Assembly: GCA_965249135.1 (NCBI GenBank) | Contig: OZ252220.1 | Coordinates: 256,001-320,000 of the forward strand | Source of the DNA: Alphaproteobacteria bacterium | GTDB lineage: Bacteria; Pseudomonadota; Alphaproteobacteria; GCA-2746255 | DNA: 64,000 nt | Direction of reading: 5' to 3' | In this document: positions 35,880 through 46,559 of the stretch, piece by piece | How positions within the stretch are numbered: position 1 is the stretch's first letter | Layout: the number at the start of each line of letters is the position of its first letter | The notes under the pieces: generated by a model | Told to the model about the DNA's origin: nothing | Database searches by the model: none | Seen by the model: the letters and a program-made list of their open reading frames with translations, nothing else | Translations under genes and position numbers: made by a program

Positions 35880-37958
35880 ATGGAGAATTTGCTGTACTAC
35901 GTCATCGCCTGTGGTGCGTTGGCGGTGCTCTACGGGATTGTGACGAGCCGTCAGATCCTCAGCGCCCCGACGGGCACGGATCGGATGCGCGAGATCGCAG
36001 CCGGCATTCAGGAAGGGGCCAGCGCCTATCTCAATCGTCAGTACAGCGCGATCGCCATGGTCGGTGTCGTCATCGGGGTCTTTCTCTGGTGGCAACTTGG
36101 GCTCTACAGCGGGGTTGGGTACCTGATCGGGGCAATCCTTTCAGGAGCGGCCGGCTATATCGGGATGTACATCTCCGTTCGGGCGAACGTGCGTACGGCC
36201 GAAGCCGCACGCTCTGGAGTGGCCCCCGCCCTTACGCTTGCTTTCCGTTCCGGCGCGGTGACGGGCTTTCTCGTGGTCGGCCTCGGCCTCCTCGGGGTTG
36301 CCGTCTACTACCTCGTGCTTCTGCAAACGGATCTTGAAGGCCGGAATGTGGTCATCCCGCTGCTTGCTTTAAGCTTCGGCGCCTCCTTGATTTCAATTTT
36401 CGCGCGTCTTGGTGGCGGCATCTTCACGAAGGGTGCGGATGTCGGTGCCGACCTTGTCGGCAAGATCGAGGCCGGCATTCCGGAGGACGATCCGAGGAAC
36501 GCCGCCGTCATCGCGGACAACGTTGGCGACAACGTTGGCGACTGCGCCGGCATGGCGGCCGATTTGTTCGAGACCTATGCCGTCACGATCGTCGCCACGA
36601 TGCTCCTTGCGGCCCTTTTCTTTACCGGCGAGACCCAGTCTCAGATGATGTTCCTGCCGCTTGCGATCGGGGCTGCGTGCATCGTGGGGTCCATTCTCGG
36701 CACCTTCTTCGTCCGTCTTGGGAAGACGGGCCGTATCATGGTGGCGCTCTACAAGGGGCTGGTCGCTGCCGCCGTCTTTTCGGCAATCTTGATCGCTCTC
36801 GTCTTCCAGTATCTGGGCGTGTTCGGTGCGGAATTCCAAATTGGTTCGCGCAGCTTTACCGGACAGGACCTCTACTATTCCGCCCTCACGGGGCTGGTGG
36901 TGACGGGACTTCTCGTCTGGATCACCGAATATTACACCTCCACCCATTTCCGGCCGGTCTTGAGCATTGCGAAGGCTTCGACAACCGGTCATGCGACGAA
37001 CATCATTCAGGGCCTCGCCGTGTCGATGGAAGCGACGGCTCTGCCGGTGCTCGTCATTTGTGCCGCTATCATCTTTACCTTCGTGACCGCCGGGCTTTTT
37101 GGCATCGCGATCACCGTTACCGCCATGCTGGCGCTGGCCGGGGTGGTGGTGGCGCTCGATGCTTATGGGCCGGTTACGGATAACGCCGGCGGTATCGCGG
37201 AAATGGCGGAACTGCCCGAGGACGTCCGCAAGACGACGGATGCGCTTGATGCGGTGGGGAACACGACGAAGGCCGTGACGAAGGGATACGCCATCGGGTC
37301 GGCTGGCCTTGCGGCACTGGTTCTTTTCGCGGCTTACGTGGAAGAGCTCCATCATTATTTCCCCGACCTGGAAATAAGCTTTCAGCTTCAGGATCCTTAC
37401 GTTGTCATCGGGCTTTTCTTAGGCGGGCTGCTGCCGTATCTCTTCGGCGCCCTTGCCATGATGGCGGTTGGACGCGCGGCCGGCTCCGTCGTTGTCGAGG
37501 TCCGACGCCAGTTCAAAGAAATCGCCGGCATCATGGAAGGGACGGCGAAACCGGATTACAGCCGCGCCGTCGATCTTCTGACCCGCTCGGCGATCAAGGA
37601 AATGATCGTTCCCTCGCTTCTCCCGGTGTTGGCGCCGATCGTCCTTTATTTTGTCATCGCCTTCGTTGCAGGTTCGGCGGCGGCCTTCACGGCGCTTGGG
37701 GCGATGCTGCTCGGTACGATCGTAACTGGTATTTTTGTTGCTATTTCAATGACTTCTGGTGGCGGCGCCTGGGACAATGCCAAGAAATACATCGAGGAAG
37801 GCCATTATGGCGGCAAGAACTCCGAGGCGCACCACGCGGCCGTGACCGGTGATACGGTCGGCGATCCCTACAAAGACACGGCAGGACCTGCCGTGAATCC
37901 GATGATCAAAATCATCAACATCGTCGCCTTGCTTCTGCTGGCGATGCTGGCGCCCTAA
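35880..37958 (+). CDS. hppA: Membrane-bound H+-translocating pyrophosphatase, K+-independent type
   Basis: [34 protein letters not shown] (Lys variant), [10 protein letters not shown]. Confidence 0.95.
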   Translation: MENLLYYVIACGALAVLYGIVTSRQILSAPTGTDRMREIAAGIQEGASAYLNRQYSAIAMVGVVIGVFLWWQLGLYSGVGYLIGAILSGAAGYIGMYISVRANVRTAEAARSGVAPALTLAFRSGAVTGFLVVGLGLLGVAVYYLVLLQTDLEGRNVVIPLLALSFGASLISIFARLGGGIFTKGADVGADLVGKIEAGIPEDDPRNAAVIADNVGDNVGDCAGMAADLFETYAVTIVATMLLAALFFTGETQSQMMFLPLAIGAACIVGSILGTFFVRLGKTGRIMVALYKGLVAAAVFSAILIALVFQYLGVFGAEFQIGSRSFTGQDLYYSALTGLVVTGLLVWITEYYTSTHFRPVLSIAKASTTGHATNIIQGLAVSMEATALPVLVICAAIIFTFVTAGLFGIAITVTAMLALAGVVVALDAYGPVTDNAGGIAEMAELPEDVRKTTDALDAVGNTTKAVTKGYAIGSAGLAALVLFAAYVEELHHYFPDLEISFQLQDPYVVIGLFLGGLLPYLFGALAMMAVGRAAGSVVVEVRRQFKEIAGIMEGTAKPDYSRAVDLLTRSAIKEMIVPSLLPVLAPIVLYFVIAFVAGSAAAFTALGAMLLGTIVTGIFVAISMTSGGGAWDNAKKYIEEGHYGGKNSEAHHAAVTGDTVGDPYKDTAGPAVNPMIKIINIVALLLLAMLAP

Positions 37959-37975
37959 GAAGCATTTTTCCAATG

Positions 37976-38006
37976 AAAAAGGCCCCGGAATTCCGGGGCT
38001 TTTTTT
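37976..38006. terminator. Bidirectional intrinsic terminator between hppA and bamE
   Basis: AAAAA-GGCCCCGG-AATT-CCGGGGC-TTTTTTT. Confidence 0.85.
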
Positions 38007-38016
38007 GTGAAACCGG

Positions 38017-38460
38017 CTACTCGGAAAGAGCGCCGATGCCGCCGAATATTTTTTCGATTGCCGAAGGCTCCTTGCCAGGGGTTGGCGTCTTGCGGGCCAC
38101 CATCTTGACGATCCTGCCATGCCGCATATCGTATTGCCGGATATTTTCGACCAAGCCCCGTGCGTCGAAATCGATGGCGATGATCTTTCGGTCGAGCACT
38201 TTCGGCTCATTAAACGTCCTCTTTTCGATCTTTTCGCTGATGTAATACCAGATGCGATCACCAAACAGCGTGACGGTTGAGGGATTGCCGATAATTTCCG
38301 CCACATCCTCACGCGTATGAGCGCCCGACCGAATCATGGAAAGTGCATCCGCGTCCGGGATATTCCCGCGCGTCGATATGCGTGCCTGGCATGCCGCGGT
38401 GCTCCATGCGATAAGAAGCACACCGAGAATTCCGAAAAGCCGAAGTGTATTGTGATTCAT
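38017..38460 (-). CDS. bamE: Outer membrane protein assembly factor BamE
   Basis: Lipobox TAAC, TREDVAEIIGNPS, WYYIS, I.FD..G.V; start ATG 38460. Confidence 0.9.
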   Translation of the reverse strand: MNHNTLRLFGILGVLLIAWSTAACQARISTRGNIPDADALSMIRSGAHTREDVAEIIGNPSTVTLFGDRIWYYISEKIEKRTFNEPKVLDRKIIAIDFDARGLVENIRQYDMRHGRIVKMVARKTPTPGKEPSAIEKIFGGIGALSE

Positions 38461-38613
38461 TCCGCCTAATTCGTTGCTGGCAGGACTCGGGTCAATCCCG
38501 CATAATTGAGCCGATCCTGGACCGACCGAGGTTGCCCGAGAAAAGCATCGGAAGCCTCGCAATGTCAATCGTTCGACTGCACCGCGTTGATCCTTTATCC
38601 AAGGGGGTGAGGG

Positions 38614-39174
38614 ATGCGTTTTACGAAAGTCATGAATCCGATTTTCACCGAGGAGCCTGCGCGCGCCCTTTATTCGCAAATCGTGGCACAAGCCCGCCGG
38701 GCGGAATTTTATACCGCGTGCGGCGTGCCGGATACGCTCGACGGCCGCTTCGAGATGGTGGTCCTTCATACTTTTCTCGTCCTTCACCAGTTGAAACGAT
38801 TGGATGCGGAAGATCTTGCGCAGGCCCTTTTCGATACAATGTTCATGGACATGGACGAGAACCTTCGCGAAATCGGAGTCGGAGACCTTTCCGTGGGCAA
38901 GCGGGTAAAGCAGATGGTAAGCGCCTTCTACGGCCGCGTGGCGGCCTACGAGAGCGGACTGGATGCCAAGGAGGGCGTCCTCGAAGCCGCGCTCGAGCGC
39001 AACCTCTACGGAACGGTGGAGGCAAAAGTAGCCGCGCTCGCGGCGATGGCCGCTTATCTGCGCCGGGAAGCAACCGCGCTCACCGAACAGGACACGCGAA
39101 CCATTGCCGCAGGGCTCGTCTCCTTTGGGCCGCCACCCGTCATCGAACGGAATCGGCAGGAGGTAACTTCGTGA
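38614..39174 (+). CDS. Ubiquinol-cytochrome c chaperone (Cbp3-like)
   Basis: QARR..FY...GVPDTLDGRFEM, D.NLREIGVGDLSVGKRVK, FYGR..AY. Confidence 0.9.
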   Translation: MRFTKVMNPIFTEEPARALYSQIVAQARRAEFYTACGVPDTLDGRFEMVVLHTFLVLHQLKRLDAEDLAQALFDTMFMDMDENLREIGVGDLSVGKRVKQMVSAFYGRVAAYESGLDAKEGVLEAALERNLYGTVEAKVAALAAMAAYLRREATALTEQDTRTIAAGLVSFGPPPVIERNRQEVTS

Positions 39175-39731
39175 AGCGACCGAATAAACTTGCCCGGATC
39201 GAATTCTCGCGGTCCATTTCCACGCCCATTTTCACGGAAGGCGTGAGCGAGAAAGAGGCGGTCTTTACGATCGAGGCGGACGCCGCCGAATGCACGGCAC
39301 TCGCCGAGCGGTTCGACTTGAAGGGTCTTGGCCCGCTTCGTGCGGAGCTTCGGTTTATGCCGGATCGAAATGGACTGCTTCGCCTGGAGGGCCGCCTAAT
39401 GGGTGAGGTCGTTCAGGTTTGCGTCGTGACCCTCACCGACGTTACGTCCTCGATCGACGAACGTTTCTCGCTTCGTTTTTCTCTGGAGGGGCCCAGCCAG
39501 TTTGATCGTGGTGAAATTTCCATCTCGATCGACGAGGAGGATCCGCCGGATCCCCTGGTAGCCGAAACGATCGATCTTGGCGAGGTAGCGGCCGAGCAGC
39601 TTGCCTTGGCCCTGGATCCCTACCCACGTGTGCCTGGCGCGACCTTCAGCTACACGTCGCTGAAAGTGTTTGAAAATGAAGAGGTTAACTCGCCTTTCCG
39701 CAGGCTGGTCAGCCTGAAGGATGGGAAATGA
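39171..39731 (+). CDS. YceD/DUF177 family protein
   Basis: ALAERFDL, QVCVVTL, IDLGEVAAEQLALALDPYPR; GTG start after AGGAGG; precedes rpmF. Confidence 0.88.
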   Translation: MKRPNKLARIEFSRSISTPIFTEGVSEKEAVFTIEADAAECTALAERFDLKGLGPLRAELRFMPDRNGLLRLEGRLMGEVVQVCVVTLTDVTSSIDERFSLRFSLEGPSQFDRGEISISIDEEDPPDPLVAETIDLGEVAAEQLALALDPYPRVPGATFSYTSLKVFENEEVNSPFRRLVSLKDGK

Positions 39732-39815
39732 GGCCCCCCGGCACCTTGCCGGATGGCCCATTTTTGTTTAAGTAGACGCCCGGGTGAAGGCCCGGCTTAA
39801 GGAAAGGGTCGAAGG

Positions 39816-40001
39816 ATGGCGGTTCCGAAGCAGAAAATCTCGCAATCGCGAAGGGGTATGCGGCGCGCCCATCAGGCGCTCAAGCCGGAAAGCTATGCGG
39901 AGTGCCCGAATTGCGGCGAATTGAAGCGCCCACATCACGTTTGTCCAGCATGCGGCCAATATCGGGGCCGCGACGTCGTGGAAAGCCAGGAAACGGTCTG
40001 A
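39816..40001 (+). CDS. rpmF: 50S ribosomal protein L32
   Basis: MAVPK...RRAH...[18 protein letters not shown]. Confidence 0.97.
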   Translation: MAVPKQKISQSRRGMRRAHQALKPESYAECPNCGELKRPHHVCPACGQYRGRDVVESQETV

Positions 40002-40035
40002 TCTCCTTTTACGGTCGACCGGAGGGGGTAGGTGC

Positions 40036-41088
40036 GTGAGTACGGCACTGACGATCGCGCTTGACGCGATGGGCGGAGATCGCGCTCCGGGCATTGTCAT
40101 CGAAGGCGTCAAACTGGTTCGCCAGCGGTCTCCGAATGTGCGCTTCATCCTGTTTGGTGACGAAAAGCAGTTGCAGCCGCTTGTCGCGAAGAATCCACAG
40201 CTCGTTGAATACACCGAGATTCGTCACACCGATCAGTTCGTGACGAACGACATGAAGCCGTCTGCAGCACTTCGCAATTCCCGCAACTCAAGCATGCGTC
40301 TTGCCATCAACGCCGTCCACGACGGCGAGGCGGCGGGTATTGTCTCGGCCGGTAACACCGGCGCGCTGATGGCCCTGGCGAAATTCGTCCTGAAGACTCT
40401 TCCCGGCATCGACCGGCCGGCCATCGCCACCTTCCTTCCGAGCATGCGGCGCGATGTCGTCATGCTCGATCTTGGGGCGAACCTCGAGTGTGATACGAAC
40501 AACCTCGTTCAGTTTGCCGTCATGGGGGAGGTCTTCGCTAAGGTGGTCCTTGGTCTGCCGGAGCCCGTTGTCGGCCTTCTGAACGTCGGCGAAGAAGAGC
40601 TAAAGGGCCATGAATATCTGCGCGAGGCGGCGGCAATTCTGAGGAAGGCCGATCTGCCGACGAAATTCCATGGCTTTATCGAAGGAAACGACATCCTCGA
40701 AGGCAAAGTGGACGTGGTCGTGACGGACGGCTTCACAGGGAATGTGGCATTAAAAACCGCCGAAGGGGTCTCGAAATTCTATACGCATATCCTCTCGGAA
40801 GCCTTCCAAAGCTCGCTTTTTTCGCGCCTTAGCTATCTCTTGGCGCGATCTACCCTTCGCAAGGTGCGCCAGCGGGTCGATCCGCGCCGATACAACGGCG
40901 CCATGCTGCTAGGCCTGAATGGCATTGTGGTGAAATCCCATGGAGGAACCGATGCCTTGGGCTTCGCAAATGCCCTCGGGGTAGCGATCGATATGGTGAC
41001 CTTCGGATTCAATGACACGATCATCCAGGAGTTTGAAAGACTCGAAGTCGACAACGTGCCACTGACGAAAGCGGCAGCGCCTGCATGA
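40036..41088 (+). CDS. plsX: Phosphate acyltransferase
   Basis: [29 protein letters not shown]. Confidence 0.97.
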   Translation: MSTALTIALDAMGGDRAPGIVIEGVKLVRQRSPNVRFILFGDEKQLQPLVAKNPQLVEYTEIRHTDQFVTNDMKPSAALRNSRNSSMRLAINAVHDGEAAGIVSAGNTGALMALAKFVLKTLPGIDRPAIATFLPSMRRDVVMLDLGANLECDTNNLVQFAVMGEVFAKVVLGLPEPVVGLLNVGEEELKGHEYLREAAAILRKADLPTKFHGFIEGNDILEGKVDVVVTDGFTGNVALKTAEGVSKFYTHILSEAFQSSLFSRLSYLLARSTLRKVRQRVDPRRYNGAMLLGLNGIVVKSHGGTDALGFANALGVAIDMVTFGFNDTIIQEFERLEVDNVPLTKAAAPA

Positions 41089-42059
41089 CTTGGCATTCGC
41101 GAATCGTGGGGTGCGGGGCATATCTTCCGGAATATGTTCTTACGAATTCTGATCTTGCTAAAAAAATCGACACCACGGACGAGTGGATCGTCGAACGCAC
41201 CGGTATTCAACGCCGGCACGTCGCGGCGGAGGGCGAAGCGACCTCAGACCTTGCCACCCACGCGGCGGTGGCCGCACTCCAAAATGCTGGCGTCGACGTC
41301 AAAGATGTCGACCTGATCGTTTTGGCGACCTCAACGCCGGATTTCACCTTTCCTTCGACGGCAACCCAGGTTCAGGAGCGTCTCGCGATGACGTGGGGCG
41401 CCGCCTTCGATGTGCAGGCCGTTTGCTCCGGTTTTATTTTTGCGTTGGCGGTTGCCAATAACTTTCTTCGGACCGGCCAATCGAAGATGGCGTTGGTAAT
41501 CGGTGCGGAGACCTTCTCACGGATTTTGGATTGGTCGGACCGGCGGACTTGCATCCTGTTCGGTGATGGGGCGGGCGCCGTCGTGTTGCGTGCGGAGGAA
41601 GGCACGTTAAGCCTTGATAAATCTGGGATTATTTCGACCCACCTTCATTCCGACGGCCGCTACCGTGACCTCCTTTACGTGGATGGGGGGCCCTCTGCCA
41701 CCCAGACGGTCGGTCACCTGCGCATGTCTGGACGCGAAGTCTTTCGCCACGCCGTCGTGAATCTTTCAGACGTTGTGCACGAGGCACTGGAAGCAAACGG
41801 ACTCAAACCGGATAGCGTCGATTGGATCGTTCCCCATCAGGCGAACAAACGTATCCTTGTCGGCACAGCCAAAAAACTTGGGCTGCCGATCGAGCGAGTC
41901 ATTGTCACGGTCGAAGAACACGCCAATACCTCGGCGGCCTCGATCCCCCTCGCGCTTGCAGAAGCGGTCGGGGATGGGCGAATCCAGCCGGGGCATCTTT
42001 TATTGCTGGAAGCAATGGGCGGCGGATTCACGTGGGGTGCGGCGCTGGTTCGTTGGTGA
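41085..42059 (+). CDS. fabH: Beta-ketoacyl-ACP synthase III
   Basis: [37 protein letters not shown]. Confidence 0.97.
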   Translation: MTWHSRIVGCGAYLPEYVLTNSDLAKKIDTTDEWIVERTGIQRRHVAAEGEATSDLATHAAVAALQNAGVDVKDVDLIVLATSTPDFTFPSTATQVQERLAMTWGAAFDVQAVCSGFIFALAVANNFLRTGQSKMALVIGAETFSRILDWSDRRTCILFGDGAGAVVLRAEEGTLSLDKSGIISTHLHSDGRYRDLLYVDGGPSATQTVGHLRMSGREVFRHAVVNLSDVVHEALEANGLKPDSVDWIVPHQANKRILVGTAKKLGLPIERVIVTVEEHANTSAASIPLALAEAVGDGRIQPGHLLLLEAMGGGFTWGAALVRW

Positions 42060-42151
42060 GCCCGGATTTCCGGAAAATCCTCTTAACCGGCCATGTTGAC
42101 TGACTTTTTCGTCCGGGGTAGGGTTTGCGGCGAAAACTAAGGAGCCGGCTC

Positions 42152-42463
42152 ATGGGTGAAAGCACAGTCACGCGCGCGCATTTGACTGAAGCGGTGTATC
42201 AGGAAATTGGCCTTTCTCGAAACGAGTCGGCGGAACTTGTCGAGTCGGTATTGAAGCTGGTTTCAGATGCGCTTGTCCGGGGTGAGACAGTCAAGGTTTC
42301 TTCCTTTGGAAGTTTTTCCGTTCGCCAAAAAGGTCAGCGCATCGGACGCAATCCGAAGACCGGCGAAGAGGTGCCGATCCTGCCACGCCGGGTTCTCGTT
42401 TTTCGGGCATCGCAAGTCCTTAAGAATCAGATAAATAAGGCTCTTTCTGGGGACTTGCGTTAG
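42152..42463 (+). CDS. ihfA: Integration host factor alpha
   Basis: [28 protein letters not shown]; after fabH. Confidence 0.95.
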   Translation: MGESTVTRAHLTEAVYQEIGLSRNESAELVESVLKLVSDALVRGETVKVSSFGSFSVRQKGQRIGRNPKTGEEVPILPRRVLVFRASQVLKNQINKALSGDLR

Positions 42464-42481
42464 GGTTTGGAGTAGTTCTGC

Positions 42482-42898
42482 ATGGTTGAATCGCTGAATC
42501 CTTTGCCCTTGCGTCGAGGCAGCAAGTCGGCGTCCGCGTTCCGCACGATCAGCGAAGTTGCTTCCGAACTCAGCGTTCCCCAACACGTCCTTCGTTTCTG
42601 GGAAGGAAAGTTTTCGCAGGTTAGCCCGTTAAAACGTGGCGGCGGCCGACGCTACTATCGGCCGGAAGACATCGAACTACTTCGCCGCATTCGTTCCCTC
42701 CTTTACGAGGAGGGGTATACGATTATGGGCGTGCAAAAATTGCTGCGGAATGGCGGCTCGAGGGATGCGAAAGGACCCAACGATATTGGGAGGATAGCCG
42801 TTCGGTCCGGGATCGATCCGGCGCAACGCAAAGAGCTTCGTTCCGTCCTCGGTGAACTCGAAGAACTGCGGAATACGCTGCGGAAACTCGGGAGTTAA
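42482..42898 (+). CDS. MerR-family transcriptional regulator
   Basis: [31 protein letters not shown]; conserved ihfA neighbour. Confidence 0.92.
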   Translation: MVESLNPLPLRRGSKSASAFRTISEVASELSVPQHVLRFWEGKFSQVSPLKRGGGRRYYRPEDIELLRRIRSLLYEEGYTIMGVQKLLRNGGSRDAKGPNDIGRIAVRSGIDPAQRKELRSVLGELEELRNTLRKLGS

Positions 42899-42904
42899 GC
42901 ACCC

Positions 42905-42973
42905 CATCCATTGCAAAGGCTCATCCATTGCGAAGGCCCGGCCATTGTGAAAGCTCAGGCGCATCCCTATAGT
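42905..42973 (+). promoter_or_regulatory. Probable sigma70 promoter of tRNA-Pro (TTGTGA-N17-TATAGT) within three imperfect 17-bp repeats
   Basis: -35 at 42945-42950, -10 at 42968-42973; repeats at 42905-42921, 42922-42938, 42939-42955. Confidence 0.55.
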
Positions 42974-42996
42974 GCGCCGGCGATTTCTATGGTGGG

Positions 42997-43073
42997 CGGA
43001 GCGTAGCGCAGCCTGGTAGCGCATCACACTGGGGGTGTGGGGGTCGCGGGTTCGAATCCCGCCGCTCCGACCA
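42997..43073 (+). tRNA. tRNA-Pro(GGG)
   Basis: CGGAGCG acceptor, anticodon arm TCACA-CTGGGGG-TGTGG, GTTCGAATC T-loop, encoded CCA. Confidence 0.96.
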
Positions 43074-43082
43074 TTTTGAGAC

Positions 43083-43116
43083 GGGGCCTGGCCGACTTGC
43101 CAAGCCCCATTTTTTT
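43083..43116 (+). terminator. Probable terminator after tRNA-Pro
   Basis: GGGGCCTGGC...GCCAAGCCCC imperfect stem followed by T7. Confidence 0.55.
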
Positions 43117-43259
43117 GATCCTTAAGTTTTTGTGCGCGGAAGTATGGTTGACGACCGTTCCAAACGGTTGGTTGGTGTTCGCAGCCCTTTTCTTTCCGAC
43201 ATGCTCTGGTAGTCTCTGGCTCGAGGGTTCCGTGAAGCGAACCAGTTTCGAGAGAGAAG

Positions 43260-43739
43260 ATGATGGATTCCATTCCACTTTGGGCCGCAATTCTGGCTGC
43301 GATCGGCGCCGGTGCGATCGCATTGCTCACCTGCCTTCTTTTGCGTCTGAATCGGCGCCTTGCCAGCTTCACGAGCGCGATCGAATCCCATTCCGAACTC
43401 ATGCTGCGGTTGAGGTTCAAGGAGGAAAATCTACCGGTCGTCTGGTGGGATCAGACGGTGGAGCCATGGCCGGACGAGAATAAACGTCACCGCAGCCGAT
43501 CCGAGCTTACCCACGTCGTCCTTGGTGTGCCGGAGCGCCTGCGTTGGGGCCGCCATGCGCCGCTATGTGGGGTTGCTTGTCGTCGGGCTTCTTGGCGCCA
43601 TCATCGCCGCGTTCTGGCTCTTCGATTGGGCCCCGGATGCCCTTCAATTGGCGGCGGCATGGAAGCGCGAGATCCTCTTCGCGGCTCTCGTGCTCTTCGG
43701 CCTTCTTTTCTTCTACGCCCTTGTACGGTGTTCCCGTAA
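43260..43739 (+). CDS. Hypothetical membrane-anchored protein (3' end uncertain)
   Basis: Hydrophobic N-terminus LWAAILAAIGAGAIALLTCLLL; overlaps next ORF by 185 nt. Confidence 0.5.
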   Translation: MMDSIPLWAAILAAIGAGAIALLTCLLLRLNRRLASFTSAIESHSELMLRLRFKEENLPVVWWDQTVEPWPDENKRHRSRSELTHVVLGVPERLRWGRHAPLCGVACRRASWRHHRRVLALRLGPGCPSIGGGMEARDPLRGSRALRPSFLLRPCTVFP

Positions 43740-43803
43740 ACTCCTCGAATTGGAGCGGCTTCGCCCGGCGGTCTTGCCGGAGCAGTCATCGGAAGGGCGC
43801 TAG
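43555..43803 (+). CDS. Hypothetical two-TM small membrane protein
   Basis: MRRYVGLLVVGLLGAIIAAFWLF...ILFAALVLFGLLFFYALV. Confidence 0.55.
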   Translation: MRRYVGLLVVGLLGAIIAAFWLFDWAPDALQLAAAWKREILFAALVLFGLLFFYALVRCSRKLLELERLRPAVLPEQSSEGR

Positions 43804-43834
43804 ACTTAGATCCAAGACCGGACGAAGTGGACGG

Positions 43835-44080
43835 ATGCAGATTCAGCGGAACAGCATTCATTTCCGTATTCTCGAGGCGCTGTATACGATGCCGAAACCG
43901 GTGCGCGGCATCACCGCCGTCATGTTAAACCGACAATTCGACGCACCTCAGGTCCTTGCCGAACTCGAATCGGAGGGGCTCATTTCGGAAAAGGGATGGG
44001 ACAAGGGGCCTGGCGCTGTCCTCGTCGCCACCGCGGCGGGCGAGCGACTCTACCGCGAGCTATCCGCGGAAGGGGCGTAA
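43835..44080 (+). CDS. Hypothetical small protein, winged-helix-like
   Basis: FRILEALY...LAELESEGLI...ATAAGERLY pattern resembles wHTH. Confidence 0.55.
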   Translation: MQIQRNSIHFRILEALYTMPKPVRGITAVMLNRQFDAPQVLAELESEGLISEKGWDKGPGAVLVATAAGERLYRELSAEGA

Positions 44081-44106
44081 GGTGGCCCTTTGAAAACCGG
44101 AAAACC

Positions 44107-45117
44107 TTAAGAGCTTTTGACCACGCGCAGGGGGGCGGCCGGCTTGTGCGGCGTTGCCTTGAGCAGGCAGTCGGCGCAACGCTCCCAAAGCTCGTCCGCC
44201 GCCGCTACGGCCGCATCAACCGTAAGACTTTCCATCAATGTGCCGCTCGTATGCCCGATCTGGCGGATCAGTTCTTTCGCAGGGATGGCCGTTTCGGCGA
44301 CCCCGGTGCATTTCCCCCAGGGGGCGTAATTTTCCTTCAGGCTTGGCCCAAAGAGCCCAAGGGTCGGAACGCCCGCCGCCGCCGCCAGGTGCATCAGGCC
44401 GGTGTCGTTGGCAATTAAGAAGTTACAACGCTTTAAACAGGCAGCCGCCGTCAGCAGGTCGCCTTTGCCGATGATGTCGAGAAAATCTTCCGGTGGAATG
44501 GCGTCGATAATCGGTTGCAACACCCCCCGCTCCTTTGTGGTGCCGAAGATGGCGATTCGCGCGTGGGAGAGAATGCCGTCCGGTGCGATCAGCCGTTTCA
44601 TCAACTCGACATAGCGTGGGATTGGCCACTGCTTGCCTTCCCAGCTTGTCGTCGGTCCAAAGGCGAGCACTGGTTTGCCTTGCGGTATAAGCTCGCTCGC
44701 CCGCTCCCGATCTTCCGCCGTCGTCCAGATCCGTGGGTTCGGCGGCTTCTTTAGGCCAAGGACCAGACCATGCTGCTCAACCTTATGGAGTGAATCGCGC
44801 CGATGTCGGTTTCGGTAGACGCGGCGATGACTGGTAGGCAGGCACCAGCTTAGGAAAGAGGAGCGCATGTCGACGACAAGATCCCAATGACGGTTGACGC
44901 ACTGCATCCACAATTCGACCCAGTGAAGATCGTAGGGCCGTTTCCAGACAGGGATGACTTGTTCCAGATTGGGAAATGCCCGGAAGAGCGGGACGGAGAG
45001 CGGACCACAGGCAATCGTGAAGGAGGCGTTCGGGTATTGTTCGGCGAGATGGGATAGAAGCCCCATCGTCATCACGGTATCCCCGATCCTCGTCGAAGTT
45101 ATGAAGAGGATCTTCAT
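44107..45117 (-). CDS. Glycosyltransferase family 9 (heptosyltransferase-like)
   Basis: MKILFITSTRIGD, KQWP, NDTGLMHLAAAAGVPTLGLFGP. Confidence 0.92.
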   Translation of the reverse strand: MKILFITSTRIGDTVMTMGLLSHLAEQYPNASFTIACGPLSVPLFRAFPNLEQVIPVWKRPYDLHWVELWMQCVNRHWDLVVDMRSSFLSWCLPTSHRRVYRNRHRRDSLHKVEQHGLVLGLKKPPNPRIWTTAEDRERASELIPQGKPVLAFGPTTSWEGKQWPIPRYVELMKRLIAPDGILSHARIAIFGTTKERGVLQPIIDAIPPEDFLDIIGKGDLLTAAACLKRCNFLIANDTGLMHLAAAAGVPTLGLFGPSLKENYAPWGKCTGVAETAIPAKELIRQIGHTSGTLMESLTVDAAVAAADELWERCADCLLKATPHKPAAPLRVVKSS

Positions 45118-45234
45118 CGCCCGTTCGTCTCTTCTTGTATTGCGCATGATCGCTATCACTCGCTTGAGGGCATGGCTCTCAGCAAGGCGTCTTCATATAC
45201 CCTAGGTTGCGAAATTGGTAAAGTTGCTAGCGTC

Positions 45235-45513
45235 TCAAGTGTCCGTAGCAAGCCTCATTCGCCGCCGTGAGGCTTCCACCAGCGTCCGGCCCCGCAAGGT
45301 CAGCTTGCAGACGGGAGTATTGACCCGAAGCGGATCGCGAAACCACGGTTCGGCATAGCCAAGCTCGATACAGCGCCGAATCGTCTGCGGCCGAATGGAA
45401 CGGCCGTCCCCATCGAAAAGCGGGAGCTTTCCGTCACGCGCATTGAGGCCACGCTCGAGCCAGCGCCGCTGCACGCTTGTCAATCCCATCGCTTCCTCCC
45501 CCAATCCCTCCAT
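45235..45513 (-). CDS. Conserved hypothetical protein
   Basis: QRRWLERGL...GKLPLFD.DG...TIRRCI..GYAEPWF...VCKLT resembles a small alphaproteobacterial family (recalled, not searched). Confidence 0.65.
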   Translation of the reverse strand: MEGLGEEAMGLTSVQRRWLERGLNARDGKLPLFDGDGRSIRPQTIRRCIELGYAEPWFRDPLRVNTPVCKLTLRGRTLVEASRRRMRLATDT

Positions 45514-45580
45514 CTTGGCGGCGGAGGTGACCGGAGAGGTATCCTAGGATAGATTGCCGGTACCACCAAGCGGGGTGCAA

Positions 45581-45928
45581 ATGGCCAAAGGCGGCGCCGG
45601 GGAGCCGGAATTCTACTTCCTTTACATCACCGCCGCCTCAAAGGAGGAGGCAGCAAAGCTGGCGCGCGCGCTGGTCGAGGAAAGATACGTCGCCTGCGCG
45701 AACGTGATCGATTCCATCCGCTCGTTCTATTGGTGGGAAGGCGACGTGAAGGACGATTCCGAGGCCCTCGTCGTCGCAAAAACGCAAGGTCTGCGGCTCG
45801 AAGCGGCGATCCAGCGCGTGAAGGAGATTAGCAGCTACGAATGCCCCTGCGTCGTCGCCTGGCTATTGACGGCGGGCAACCCGGACTTCTTCGAGTGGAT
45901 CGGCAAGGAAACCGGCGCCGGCCGCTAG
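45581..45928 (+). CDS. cutA: Divalent-cation tolerance protein CutA
   Basis: [25 protein letters not shown]. Confidence 0.93.
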   Translation: MAKGGAGEPEFYFLYITAASKEEAAKLARALVEERYVACANVIDSIRSFYWWEGDVKDDSEALVVAKTQGLRLEAAIQRVKEISSYECPCVVAWLLTAGNPDFFEWIGKETGAGR

Positions 45929-45978
45929 GCTACTATTTTACCGCACATCTATCCTCTTCATTTCAAAGGAATTTTGCG

Positions 45979-46006
45979 TTGACAGGCGCATTTTCCGTGG
46001 CATACT
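45979..46006 (+). promoter_or_regulatory. Probable sigma70 promoter of rplM-rpsI
   Basis: TTGACA-N16-CATACT. Confidence 0.55.
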
Positions 46007-46022
46007 CCGCCGCCACCCGAAA

Positions 46023-46079
46023 CCGGGTCAAAATGCTGTGGCCGGGTCAAAATGCTGTGGCCGGGTCAAAATGCCGTGG
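46023..46079 (+). repeat. 19-bp tandem repeat x3 (CCGGGTCAAAATGCTGTGG) in the rplM leader
   Basis: Copies at 46023-46041, 46042-46060, 46061-46079 (one mismatch in the third). Confidence 0.95.
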
Positions 46080-46091
46080 AAGGTGAGGCCG

Positions 46092-46553
46092 GTGAAAACC
46101 TATTCGGCGAAAGCGACCGAGGTAAATCGGAAATGGGTCGTCATTGATGCCGAAGGCGTCGTGCTTGGCAGATTGGCCGGCGTGCTCGCCACGCGGCTGC
46201 GCGGCAAGCACAAGCCGAGCTTTACGCCGAACATCGATTGTGGCGACAACATCGTCGTCGTCAATGCCGAGAAGGTGAGGCTAACCGGCCGCAAGCTGGA
46301 GCGGGGCATTTTCCACTGGCACACCGGTTATCCCGGCGGCATCAAGGGCATGAATTTCGCCGATCGCCTGGCGGGCAAGCGCCCCGAGCGCGTCATCAAG
46401 AAGGCGGTGCAGCGGATGATTCCGCAGGGCCCCTTGGGACGGGCACAACTCAAGAAGCTGCATGTCTATGCCGGGCCAAGCCATCCCCATGCGGCGCAGA
46501 AGCCGGAGGCCCTAGACGTCGTGGCGATGAATCCGAAGAACAAACGGGCTTGA
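46092..46553 (+). CDS. rplM: 50S ribosomal protein L13
   Basis: WVVIDA...LGRLA...[23 protein letters not shown]; GTG after GGAAGGTGAGG. Confidence 0.97.
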   Translation: MKTYSAKATEVNRKWVVIDAEGVVLGRLAGVLATRLRGKHKPSFTPNIDCGDNIVVVNAEKVRLTGRKLERGIFHWHTGYPGGIKGMNFADRLAGKRPERVIKKAVQRMIPQGPLGRAQLKKLHVYAGPSHPHAAQKPEALDVVAMNPKNKRA

Positions 46554-46559
46554 GGTACG

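Noticed and set aside
38445-39170. 428-aa ORF as a fusion protein
   Set aside because: Only the part from GTG 39171 is DUF177-like; the upstream part overlaps the Cbp3-like gene in another frame
43074-45234. Island bounded by tRNA-Pro att repeats
   Set aside because: No repeat of the tRNA-Pro 3' end and no integrase seen
46023-46079. CRISPR-like array
   Set aside because: Units are contiguous without spacers, only 19 bp, and no cas genes are in the window
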